Positions 1 to 10,760 of a stretch of DNA of 35,667 nt are shown piece by piece (within the stretch, counting starts at the first letter, position 1; the number at the start of each line of letters is the position of its first letter). The stretch covers positions 1 to 35,667 of the forward strand of contig NKIB01000051.1 of NCBI GenBank assembly GCA_002256025.1, read 5' to 3'. This DNA is from Asterionella formosa. Taxonomy: Eukaryota. Position numbers and translations under genes: made by a program. Under the pieces are notes generated by a model that saw only the letters and a program-made list of their open reading frames with translations, was not told where the DNA came from and did no database searches.

Positions 1-227
1 ACGAAATTTCGAAAAGTCAAATGAATTATTTGAAACATCAACTAATTCAGTCTCGCGTTCAAAATTCATTGTGAAAACTTCACATGAAACAGTTAAAACT
101 TCACATGAAACCGTTAAAAGTAATCTTTTTTACGTGAAGAGTGGCATTAATGCATGTGAAGTACCACATAATTAACACTCATACGTAGACGAAATTTCGA
201 AAAGTGGCGTATTTCGCGGCTTAGATG
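1..227. mobile_element. End of an unclassified DNA transposon (terminus ...CTTAGATG) with subterminal repeats
   Basis: Repeated motifs: acgaaatttcgaaaagt at 1 and 189, and ttcacatgaaac.gttaaaa twice. The reverse complement of 185-227 (catctaagccgcgaaatacgccacttttcgaaatttcgtcta) resembles 22745-22787 (catctaaggcgccgcttatgtcatcttttcgaatttatgtcta). It abuts a Copia protease fragment. Confidence 0.55.
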
Positions 228-660
228 CACCAATGAGCGTGGTTGTGGCAATCCCTACATTACATTGGATGTCCAGTTTCTTATGGTGTTTTTGAATGAT
301 GATAAGGAGTTCCTTATTATGGAACACATCCATGGTGGAATGGATGTCAAGAAGAATCTATCTTTTTGGCAGCTGTCCATCGCTACCAACTTGCATTATG
401 ACCTCATCATTCACCATCTCAGTTGCTTGGCTATAGAATTGGAAGTTCAAGTTGCTGTTGAATTCACCATGGGATACTCCATTCAGTAGAGTTGCTGTGG
501 CAGTCTGATTCTTAAAAGATGACTCTTCACTAGGTGTTGTTGCTGCTGCTGGCATTCATTGGCATAGTGCCCATTCTTGTGGCATTTATTGCAGGTGACA
601 TTAGCTTTCCTTCAGGCCTCATCCTTTCTCCATTATTTAGCAATGGTGAGTAGCATCTAT
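228..660 (-). pseudogene. Fragment of a Copia-type gag-pol (aspartic protease region)
   Basis: The minus-strand frame reads ...QLPKR*ILLDIHSTMDVFHNKELL...LDIQCNVG. This resembles the (W)ILLDxxSTxxxF...CNAG protease segment of diatom Copia elements and carries an in-frame stop. Confidence 0.6.
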
Positions 661-718
661 CACTAGTGTTGAAAGACCAGTTTTGTTTTTACTCCTTGCA
701 TTGTTTTTTTTAACCTTG

Positions 719-843
719 AGTTGAAACAGACAAGTCAAATGAATCTTGTTTGTGTCTCCAAATTAGTCCAGTCATGACCTTTTTGGGTCTAGTCATGAAC
801 ATGAATCAATCTTTGAGTTTTGTCACGAACATGAGTCGATCTT
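719..843 (+). repeat. 5' LTR of Copia A (truncated by deletion)
   Basis: Near-identical to 4061-4205 apart from a short duplicated motif, then jumps directly to the PBS. Confidence 0.85.
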
Positions 844-975
844 TATGAGCCTAAAACGCGCGCTTATACCTGCGCATTCTTCAGTTGGTTTCTCCTTCTC
901 CTTTGTTCCCAGAGCCATTTTCTAAAACCAGTTCATTTTCTTGTCCCAGTGACAGTGTCAAACTTCTTTCAGCAA

Positions 976-1197
976 ACTTAATTGCATATTCTTTCATTGT
1001 TACCCAGTATTGCCCCTTGAGACAATCGCCCGGTCCTTTTTTCTTCTCTCTTTCTTCTTTCAGTAGACTTAATTGCATTTTCTTTCATTGTTATCTGGCA
1101 TTGCCCCTTGAGACAATTGCCCGGTCCTTTTTTCTCTCTTTCTTTTCTATATTACCCAGTATTGCCCACTGAGACATTGCCTGGCCTATCTTTTTTT
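976..1197 (+). repeat. ~91-bp tandem repeat (about 2.5 copies) in the Copia A leader
   Basis: acttaattgcat.ttctttcattgtta...ttgccccttgagacaat.gcccggtcctttttt starts at 976 and 1067, with a partial third copy from ~1152. Confidence 0.8.
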
Positions 1198-1265
1198 AAC
1201 TTTTCTTCACTCTCTTCTTTTATCACTGCTTTCTTATCTTTCCCATACACTCCCACTTCCTTGCA

Positions 1266-1800
1266 ATGTCAGTATCCACTATTATTAATACTATTCTACC
1301 TACCAAGTTTGGCCAAGTGACCACTGGTACTGTTGTCAAACGGTACTCTGGTGGGCAACTGAATGATGACTTTACTATCACCAAGAAACCAATGTGGTCT
1401 CCTTACCAGATCCATTCAGATTATTCCAGGGACATCAAGACCGCATTTGAGTTTTTTACTCAAAAACATGAAAAGGTATACAATGGCCCCAATGGTGACC
1501 CAATCAACAATCTCACTGTTGCTCAGCTCTGCACTCTTATTCACAATTATGCAGAGACTGGTGGTGTGGACACTTTCCTCTATGCTCCTGACAATTCTGG
1601 TAAAGTTTGGTGTATGACCAGACACCACACTTGACTTACTTTTAAAGAGACAAAGAAATCTGTTGATCATTGTATTGGTCTTGAGACATTCACACCAGAC
1701 ATTGACACTAAAACTGGAAATCCCACAGCTGATTCTCTCACCAAGTCATGTCAGATTTTTGATGATCAGGCATTGGATGATTCTTCCCACCTCTGATAGT
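1266..1800 (+). pseudogene. Truncated gag of Copia A
   Basis: First long ORF after the PBS/leader (122 aa, then a premature TGA at 1632-1634). Its position fits gag. Confidence 0.55.
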
Positions 1801-1914
1801 TTCCTACATTTCCCCAAGCCCCATAGTGTGATCTTATTTATTGGCAATCATTTCTAACCAGGAGGTATTATCTGTAAATCATAAAGATTGATTCGAGCGG
1901 TTCATCTACTGGTA

Positions 1915-3408
1915 AATATTTTATGATTTGTACCATTTGAAAATTTTGTATGACTCCCGCTAATTGAGGGGCTTAATTAAATTACTTACTTGTAGGTACA
2001 AGAATTGATGCGGAAAAATTCAAAGACAGTACATCAGGTCATGGAAAACAATGTTTTCCTCATGCATTGTATATATTTGAATTATGTATAAGCTTAATTG
2101 ATGATAGTATACACATTATGTGCATATATTTATACATTTTCAAATTCTTATAAATGTACACATATCCTATCTATACATTTGAAATCATGTTTAGAGGTTC
2201 CTTGTTATGCATACCGGTAGCACATGATCCTGAAATGAAAGATCATCTCTGCACTGTGACAAGGAAAACTGAAAGAACGACGCTTCAACGCACCCAATGA
2301 TGATAAACCTTTCGGCTTAGAAGGATTGAAAATGGAAAAGTGAACTGAATCTAGCTATGGTATGTCAAGAGTACATGCCAAGGTGATCAATTGTTGGGTT
2401 CACAAAGACAAAATGATTGCCTCCTTCCCTAGCAATTCAAAAGCACATTTCGCATTCAGTGGGATACCACCAATGCTGACCAAAAACTTGTAAATGCTCT
2501 TGTTGGATCAATGAGCCACTGTTAGAACATCACTGACACATGTTTGTTTTTCAAACTTTCAGGATAATTTTAATCAAAGATTTTTGTTGTAAGTTATAAA
2601 TGACATTGGTGGAATGGTTTATTGATTTGTACTTATGTGACCATTGACTGACACATTATTTTACTGAATTATGCGAAAAGTTCATCGATTTCTGGTAAGT
2701 GGAGCATGCTAAAATGGGACTGCAGTATTGAGATATAAACAACATGGCTACTAACAAGCGATTAATTCCTTCTCATTTTCATTATGATTAGGAAATCAAA
2801 ATAGATAAAACAGAATCGGATCAAAAGGAAATGGGATTTGCAGCATGAAGTCAGATGGGTTTCAGAGTCTGAGTGGAAGGGAGGCGGGAGGCATGCATCA
2901 AGAGATTTGAAGGCAGGATGCAATGCATCCTCAAGAGCATTGAAGGGAAGCAGGAGGCATGTATCCTTAAGAGCATTGAAGGGAGTTGGGGGAGGCATGC
3001 ATCCTCAAGAGCATTAAAGGGAGGCAGGAGGCATGCATCAAGAGCATTGAGACAAGAATAGAAAATGGGAACATTGGCTGTTTAACCTCACAAAATGTAG
3101 AAACATAAAATTGATTTCGTGATATAACAGTAAAATTACAATCCTTTTCAACCTATTTTTAACAGCTATTTCGATTAGAGTTACCATCATATCAGGCAGG
3201 ATAGGTATATGATAAAGGAAATACATCATAGGATAATATTTTGATAATTATATGGTGGTTTGATCATTATGAGTAAGCTTAGCCTGTTCACTTTCATAGT
3301 ATGCATTCATTTATCATACATATAACGAAAAATGTATCATGCACAGAAAAATTCTGTGCCAGTTATCGTATGATACCCCTGATTGTATAAGTACGATTTT
3401 TTATTTAC
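1915..3408 (+). mobile_element. Inserted fragment of an unknown repeat family, homologous to 24343-26005 (inverted)
   Basis: Collinear shared blocks with the reverse complement of 24343-26005: acttgtaggtacaagaattga, ttccttgt.atgcata, tgtagaaacataaaa, ctgtgcca.tta...tttattt.cag. Confidence 0.75.
2876..3050 (+). repeat. Minisatellite, 5 copies of a ~33-38 bp unit (gaagggaggcaggaggcatgcatcctcaagagcatt)
   Basis: Directly visible head-to-tail degenerate units with no spacers. Confidence 0.85.
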
Positions 3409-3409
3409 A

Positions 3410-4037
3410 GGCAATGCTACTTTATGTGGCCTCTAATTCTCGTCCTAACATTGCTTTTTCTGTTCATCAGTATGCTCGCTTTTCTCATTTTCCTCATGCT
3501 ACTCATGAAATAGCAGTAAAAAAATTTGTCGGTATCTTAAAGGCAGTTTTGATCAAGGAATTAGTTTTACTCCTACTCCTGATGCCTTTGACATTGAATG
3601 TTATTGTGACAGTGACTTTGTTGGCCTCTACTGATCCAGTCTGTTCTTACTCTCGAACTGGCTATGTCATATCCCTTGCTGGATGTCCCCTCCTCTGGGT
3701 GTCCAAATTACAAACTACCACTGCACTATCTACAATGGAAGCAGAAAATCAGGCTCTTTCTGCCAGTTGTCCTACACATTGGTAAAGGTTCAGCTGTTCG
3801 ATCTTTTTCAAAAGTCTAAGAAGATAATAGTGCATGCCTGTCCCAAGCTACTATGCCAAAGATGACCCCTCATACTAAGCAGATTGCTGTAGCTTATCAT
3901 TGGTTTTGTGAATAGGTCCTTTCTGGAGTTTTCAAATTGTCAAGGTGGATACTGCAGCCAACCTTGCTGATATCTTTACAAAAGGTCTTGTGGCTGACAA
4001 ATTCACAGCTATACACAAGCAGTTATGTGGTTGGTGA
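3410..4037 (+). pseudogene. Copia RT C-terminus/RNase H pseudogene
   Basis: Motifs MLLYVASNSRPNIAFSVHQ, SRTGYVISLAGCPLLWVSKLQTTTALSTMEAE, EDNSACL, TKQIAVAYHWF, NLADIFTKGL...CGW*, with frameshifts and stops. Confidence 0.92.
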
Positions 4038-4060
4038 CTGTTTGCTCTGCTGAGGGGGAG

Positions 4061-4548
4061 AGTTGAAACAGACAAGTCAAATGAATCTTGTTTGTGTCTC
4101 CAAATTAGTCCAGTCATGACCTTTTGGGTCCAGTCATGAACATGAATCAATCTTTACTCATGCATGAATCAATCTTTGAGTCTTGTCATGAACATGAGTT
4201 GATCTACTCATGTATATGACTTAGTTTTGTTTGTTTGGTTTGCTAAAAGTTAATTCTATAAGCTCCCTTTATTTGGAAATACCAATCGAGTCAGATCTAT
4301 CCTACAACATTCTCCTAAATTCACCATGATCCTTCGATCCACTGCCTGGCACCTACGTTGCTTACTGGTAGTATATTTATCAAGATATAACAAGTCGAAC
4401 TCCTTTCAGGTTAATCTACGACTTCTCGTTCAAGTCCTTGCTTCAACTGTGAACCATTCGTCATCTTGTCCTTATAATTTTGTCTCACCATCTGCTATTT
4501 TAGTTTCATTATCTGAAGACTTTCACTTGCCATCTGTTAGTTCCAACA
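4061..4548 (+). repeat. 3' LTR of Copia A (right end approximate)
   Basis: Starts AGTTG immediately after the PPT. The candidate end is ...gttccaaca at ~4548. Confidence 0.7.
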
Positions 4549-4644
4549 AAGACAGCCACGTGTTAAATCTTTGTTTTCTCCAAATCTCAAAATAGGCAGA
4601 GGAAAGGGAAAAGCATTAATCTATTGGACTGACAAAGAAATAAG

Positions 4645-5724
4645 ATGGCCCATGACGGCGAAACATCGCCTGCCACCTATGGTATCAATCAGGAGGATAG
4701 ACACAAGACCATTGGTGTTCACGGTAGGACCCCTCTTCACATTGTTACCCCGGTACACCATGCGCCACATGGCAGATATATGGGGTTTCTGCAATGCTGC
4801 CGTATTTATCGCCGCATTCGCATCACCGCCATCCTTGTGTTTTTTAGTTTATTCATTCTATTTGGCCTCCCAGATGTAGAAAATAGGAATTGGACGTTGG
4901 CTGCAGGAGAAAGCAGACAAGTCAATCTCGGCGTCTTGAATAGGGCAGTTCACGTCACTTCAAATGTTGATGATGGTGTCAACATATACGCGCTCGATGG
5001 GGTGTGTCCAGCTTTGACAGGCCCTGTGGTTTCTATCAAAGTACTATCTGACGAGATCATTGTGGCCCCAGGAGCTTACCAATCGGTGGCCTTGTACCTT
5101 AACCAAGGTAGTTATGTAAATATGACGTTTCTCCTTCAGTCTGGCGCCTTGAGAGTGCTTCTTAAAGGCCCATTTGTAAGCCTTTCCCGAAATACGCCCA
5201 TCGATCAGGATTATGATACAAACAATTTCATCCTTGCTGATCTATATACAGACAAGGTAGATGAGACAACCGGTATAGAATTCAAGGCCTCAATGTCTGA
5301 TGACTATACCTTGCTCTTTGTTAACGACGGAAATGTCACTGGCAAGTTGAGCGCAACATATGAAGAAAATCTGACTTCTTTTGATTTGACAGACAAACAG
5401 CCCATTGCCTGTGGAGCGACACAATGCAGAATTAGTTTGTTGAGTGGTTCACATGACTGCGTTATAGTTCAGGCCAAGGAATTGGTCACCGTTAACATTA
5501 CCTCAAATCCCTTTTGGTTTGTGATTGTCTTATTGGCAGCAGTGCCTCTTGGGATTTTATATTTGTTCTTGAAGATGGAGAAAATGTACTGTACACCGCT
5601 GGCTGTTGTTTCAAGTCCAAATTTACCAGAATATGAAATTGTAAGAACATCGGATCCTATCTATGCAGCGCCAGATGGAAGCTCCCTACCTGTGGCCACC
5701 CCCGTTGGTTGGAATATTGTGTAA
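4645..5724 (+). CDS. Membrane protein, 359 aa, two predicted TM segments; weakly resembles the APD1-4 E3 ligase N-terminal/middle region without a RING
   Basis: Intact ORF with hydrophobic segments ITAILVFFSLFILFGL and FWFVIVLLAAVPLGILYLFL and a YLNQGS motif. The family call is from memory only. Confidence 0.7.
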   Translation: MAHDGETSPATYGINQEDRHKTIGVHGRTPLHIVTPVHHAPHGRYMGFLQCCRIYRRIRITAILVFFSLFILFGLPDVENRNWTLAAGESRQVNLGVLNRAVHVTSNVDDGVNIYALDGVCPALTGPVVSIKVLSDEIIVAPGAYQSVALYLNQGSYVNMTFLLQSGALRVLLKGPFVSLSRNTPIDQDYDTNNFILADLYTDKVDETTGIEFKASMSDDYTLLFVNDGNVTGKLSATYEENLTSFDLTDKQPIACGATQCRISLLSGSHDCVIVQAKELVTVNITSNPFWFVIVLLAAVPLGILYLFLKMEKMYCTPLAVVSSPNLPEYEIVRTSDPIYAAPDGSSLPVATPVGWNIV

Positions 5725-6380
5725 ACGAGATTACAATATTCAAGTCTATAACTACAAGCGATTTGGTTGAGCGCAAGTGATGGATTCTTGCGCACTTCTG
5801 TTTTCAAAGGGACATTTTTCAAGCCAGTAACATTTCCTCAAGTTTTCATTTATCACTGTTGATGGATGCATGGCTGGTAAAATATTTCAGGGTATTTTAA
5901 AAATGAAATAATAGTTTGCCAATTTTGATGATATACACTTTTTTCTGCATGTTGTATATTAGACCTGAAAATAAACTAACATGCACTCATATCATAATGT
6001 GCACCATGAGTCTTGCTGGGACAGCTATGGAGAATCAATGGATGTGGAATGGGTCTCTCAAGTGGTCAATATTGAATGCACACAATCAACTTGAATAGGT
6101 GAAAAAAACAAAATTACTGCCTTGATGAGGATGGGGAAACGCGTCATCAGTAGTGGGCAAATCTCTGAAATCGACTAGTTTACTGAGCTGCTCATCTGTA
6201 CGGGTACAACTAATGAGAATCAAAGAGCAGGGCCATAAACGATTGTTCAAGACAATGATATAGATCAAACAGGGTGTTGACAAGACCATGTCGGCGAGTT
6301 GTGTGGTGGTTATAGCAAATGATGTGGTTGGGGTAGCATATAACATATATTCCCTCATACTATCATATTCGTACATCTCT

Positions 6381-7103
6381 TTATGTAATTCTTGACGTTT
6401 CACCAACCAGCGTGCTAAACTCCTTGTCATAGTGACCACTGTCAGTAGGTGGCAACTCCACCAAATCCAAATACCTGTCCAAAATGTCCAAGGCTTCCAA
6501 AAACTTTCTTTGAGCTGCCGGATCGCTTGTCTTTGGGTTTTTGACTACCATCTTCTCCATGTCATCCATGGTCTTGAAAAACGCCTTTGCAGCCTTAACA
6601 GTAGGCAAATTGTCAGGAGCTTTGACCTGATTTAAACGAAAGGCGTTACCCAGCAAATACATACTGGCCTTCATATCATTGTATCTAGAGTCTCTGATTT
6701 CTTTTCCCTTGCAGTCTCCATCCTTTTTGGTACATTGTCCGTTGACATCCTTTCTCTTGGCTTCCACTACGACAGTCCCTTGTACATCAAAGAAATGCTG
6801 GATTTCTGGTTTCGTCATGTCACCCGCAATGACAGCAGGACCCATGATGAGAAATTCATGAACTGCTTGCTGTACGCGCCCGTAGTAACGGCGCTTGGCT
6901 ATAGGAATCGTCGTGTATTTACCCGCAGTGGCGCCACCAGATGCCAACGAGGGAACAGAGGAGGCGATCCAAGCCGTCGTTGCAATGGTGGTTTGGAGAA
7001 AAACTCGTCGCTCGATATGAGGCGTGGGATCCTTGACAGAGAAGGAACTACAAGTGCCAAGTAGCATGGCGAGACAGGGGAAAAGAGCCGTTCTCGTCCT
7101 CAT
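6381..7103 (-). CDS. Putative thylakoid-lumen protein (240 aa) of unknown function
   Basis: From the ATG at 7103: signal peptide MRTRTALFPCLAMLLGTCSS-F, then a twin-arginine RRVFL, a hydrophobic stretch and an S-L-A cleavage site, followed by a helical mature domain. Confidence 0.8.
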   Translation of the reverse strand: MRTRTALFPCLAMLLGTCSSFSVKDPTPHIERRVFLQTTIATTAWIASSVPSLASGGATAGKYTTIPIAKRRYYGRVQQAVHEFLIMGPAVIAGDMTKPEIQHFFDVQGTVVVEAKRKDVNGQCTKKDGDCKGKEIRDSRYNDMKASMYLLGNAFRLNQVKAPDNLPTVKAAKAFFKTMDDMEKMVVKNPKTSDPAAQRKFLEALDILDRYLDLVELPPTDSGHYDKEFSTLVGETSRIT

Positions 7104-8259
7104 GATAGAAGCAAGGTTTCTGGTTATATGCTTCCGAAGCTGTGATTGGCGTTCTGAAGAAAGAAGTAGAAAAGATTTTGGATCCACCTGCTTATAACTT
7201 ATTCTTATACCTCGAACCAGTACCTGGTACCCTGGTCAACCTAGTTCGTAACTATCCCTGGTACCAGGTACCAGGTACCGGTACTGGGATCTGGGGTGTA
7301 CCTGAAACTCGTTCAATGTACGATAGAGCCTTATCGGAAAAGATGGCTGACACCAAGACCTCAATTAACGTATTTGTACCGTCAGAGTTATTTATGTGAT
7401 GTTCATACGAACCCCAAGCACAATGAGACGACGAGCGCAGGCAAACGTTCAGCCCATGCATGTGGCAGTCGAGAGCCCGTAACGATGACGTTGATCGAAC
7501 TGATCAGCCAGCATGCCACAGATACCGGTACCCTGATACCTGCAAGTTGCCGTCATTTTGCCGAAACTGAAACGCGGCGCCGGCAGGCACTCAAATTCGA
7601 CTCCTCGGGTAATATTTCCGTACCTGGTACCTGGTACCTGGTAACGGGTAACTGGTATTGGTACTATAGAAATCTTAATGGTTTCACCCTGGCCAATTAA
7701 TATCAATATATGATCAAAATCTAAATTTGAAGAATGATTTTCTGAAAAAACCAGTTTCCAAATCTTGCTACCGATACTACGATTGGTGGGTTTCGGATTG
7801 GGGTTTTTCCCCCCAAGCACAATTCTGAGTGTCAAGATTCCTTATTCCAGAAATCTCCTCGTTTACTGCTATGTATATGCATTTCACTAGTACCAGTATG
7901 AATGTAAGGCTGAAACTTACTGTGCCCGAAATACAAAGATCAAATATTGTAAAGCTATCATGGCAAAATCTTCGATCTTTGTATTCGGGAAATTTTATGG
8001 CCACCTTGCAGTCCCGAAGATAAAATAGTATGTCAATCCATGCGTCAAATGACCAATCTTGTGAATTGAAATTTATTTCCTACATGAAAATTGGTAGAAT
8101 TGTCCATAGGAATATTATAGTAATTAAAATAATAATAATAATAATAATTGTCAACACTCAACGCTCCATTGCTGTCATTGCTGTTGTTGTAGCAAGATTG
8201 GCCTTCACATCAGCCTATCTCCTTTCTCCTCTCCAACCACCAGCATCTCCCTACTGTCA

Positions 8260-9553
8260 TGATGGTGACTCAAGAACCAACTGAATACTCAACTGAGGAG
8301 GAGCATTCCTTTGCGACCATATTCGATATTGGATAGGCAGCCCCATTCAACTACACATGCTTTGAAGTGTGCAGATTGCCATTATATTTGTTGCTGGTTG
8401 TTGTGAACTTCAACACAGGTTTGCATCAAGGGAGGAGAAGAAATTTCGAGATATGGCTGAAGCGTATTTTCGAATTTGGAATGAAGACCTTGAGGATGAT
8501 ATGTGCAATACCGCCATAAAAACTCAACTGCGATATGCATGAGGGTCCAAGGATGAATCGAGCATGACTGGCGATACCTTATGGAGAAAGTGGCAGGAAA
8601 TTAGGATCAAAATTTGCAACAGTATTATTTTTAGTTCAAAGATCGCCCAGGATTTGCACAAACTTCCAAGTAGACAAGGTTTGAAGGATGCATCTTTCAA
8701 ATTAGTCTGCAATATTTACAAGCAAAGTTTCCAAAAGAAGAATCCAATGTGTCAAATCATGATTATGGAGTAGATCTACCTGGTCAATCAACCAGCAGAC
8801 TCAAAATCATTGTTGTTCCAAGCCCACCCAATCATTGGGAAAACAGGGATCCAACTTTGTGCTATTTACTTACTTAAAGATTTTTCGGAAGAATATACAA
8901 TTGGTTCCAGATGTGAAAGACAGTGATTTTGTAAATATAAGTCGACAAGAGATGCTGCTGGCAGATTGCGAAGAGAAGAGGCATAAGGAGCATGGAAGGA
9001 GCAGCAAATGAAAGCATCATCATGATAATGACTATTCATCACCAAGCAAACAGAAAACCCCAACCATGATGGATATGTCGATGCTCGATTTTCAAGCGGC
9101 GCAAACTTGAAAGGTAAAAACGGATGAGATTGTTGCTCATCTTGATCTATACAAGAGATGCAAGCACATACTCCCTGAAGACAGATATCATGCAGCTGTT
9201 TTGAATTGTTTCGATAATCTACCTTCCCTACAAACTTATGATGTTGAGAGTACAAGTGTTGTCATTGCGACAAGTGTCTTTGGAAATGAGCTCACTCCAA
9301 CAGATACTACCCCAATTCCCTCTTTTGTTTGTAATGACAATCAAGATAAAGATCAAGGTCCAGAACTTGGAGGGATTTGCACTGACTGCCAAGTCATAAA
9401 CAGTGAACACCTTTGCATTGATTGAAACAAATTTGTCTGCTCCATTTGCTGTGATTGTTTTCAAAATCTAGAGAACATTTGGTGATGTGGTGCTTGCTTT
9501 TCTATGCACAGCTCTGATGTTCAGGAACTAATTAGGCAGCATAAATACTCATG
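8260..9553 (+). pseudogene. Probable Harbinger second ORF (DNA-binding partner), disrupted
   Basis: Fragmented frame with a LWRKWQEIR helix motif and a Cys-rich C-terminus. It lies opposite the transposase within the TIRs. Confidence 0.5.
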
Positions 9554-9579
9554 AATATATTCTAAGCTATCTTGCTAAC

Positions 9580-10760
9580 TTGTTCCATCTTTTACGAAAT
9601 TCTTCATAATAATCAACAAGTTGTTGAACTCTATTCCACCATTGGCTTTGTTTACCAGCAACTGTTTCATTAAAGTAGCTGTGTGAAGTATCATTCAATT
9701 CCATGCAGTCACCTTGCACAGTATGTACAGTATGCTGTGTCTCAGAACTTTCACAGTCAAGAAGGTAACCATCACATTCTTATAGAATGTTATCAAGCAT
9801 ACAGCATGACGTGAACGCATTTTCGATATGCTCAGGTCCAAGTTGTTCCAGTTCTTAAGAAAAAACCATCGACTTTTCAATATACCAAAAGTACATTCAA
9901 TATCTTTTCGAAAAGACTCCACCATCATACCCCATGCCCTATCTTTTCCATTTTCATTGCCATATTTAATTGGACAAATCAACAACGGCCATCATAGGTA
10001 CTCTCCATCACAAATGATGAAATAGTAGCCTTTACAAGTAATAGACGACTCAACAGTGAGCACATTCCACTCTTAACTGCCAAGAAACGAATTTCTATCG
10101 TGTAGATTGGAAACAGCAGCATCAAACTTTACTATGTGTTTGTCATTTCTTGTTCCTCGGTGTAGGTAGCTGATTGATAAATCTTTCTTCTGTGATCAGA
10201 AACCACCTCAAAAACAACTGAAGGATAACCCTTGGAACCTTTAAATATATTCTTCCAGTAGGTGGGACATCGATTCCACCCAATGTACACACAATCGACA
10301 GAGCCTATACAGCCTGGAAGCCCAAGGGAACTGTAATCATTAAGAATTCCTTCAAATTGTTCATCATCTTCCTCTTCCTCTTTCTCTCTCAGTGTGTATA
10401 CATTTTCATCCTTCTTTTCTGCAAACTTTGAAGTCCAGTGAATGAAAAATTTTCTGTGTACCTCTTGTTTAGAGATATCAGTTTGAATGTTCACATACAA
10501 ATGGGAAACACCGGTTGCTATAGTGTAAAGAACACCATGTAGGAGCAACTCAAGGGCCTTGCACAGAAGATTGGTGCAATCTTCTTCCCTGTGCGGATCA
10601 TACCAACTATTTGATATTGTCATATCATACAGTTTCAAGAATATGTCGAATGGAAGACAAAACAGTTGTAAAAGAGTCTTTCTTCCCATGTGTTCATGTC
10701 CAATTGTAAGATGCGCTTTTCGTTTGTTAGGAACTTCTTCCACTAACATGACTCTTCCCT
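9580..10760 (-). pseudogene. PIF/Harbinger DDE transposase pseudogene
   Basis: Motifs GLPGCIGSVDCVYIGW.RCP, KGSKGYPS, IICDGEY and ESFRKDIECTFGILKSRW, split by frameshifts and stops. Confidence 0.92.

Larger units (their letters stand above)
719..4548 (+). mobile_element. Degenerate Ty1/Copia LTR retrotransposon A (internally deleted, with foreign insert)
   Basis: LTR copies start agttgaaacagacaagtc at 719 and 4061. A PBS-like ttatgagcctaaaacgc lies at ~844. Gag-like ORF from 1266, RT C-terminus/RNase H at 3410-4037, PPT tgagggggag at 4051-4060. The right boundary is approximate and no TSD was found. Confidence 0.85.

Noticed and set aside
2876..3050. CRISPR-like array
   Set aside because: The units are contiguous and degenerate with no unique spacers, there are no cas genes, and the context is eukaryotic.
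7104..7187. Longer N-terminus for the 268-aa ORF
   Set aside because: The upstream start is not ATG, and the signal peptide begins at the ATG at 7103.
7918..7927. Tc1/mariner-style TA + CAGTG ends for the 7.9-11.4 kb element
   Set aside because: CTG occurs as a direct repeat on both sides and the transposase is Harbinger-type.
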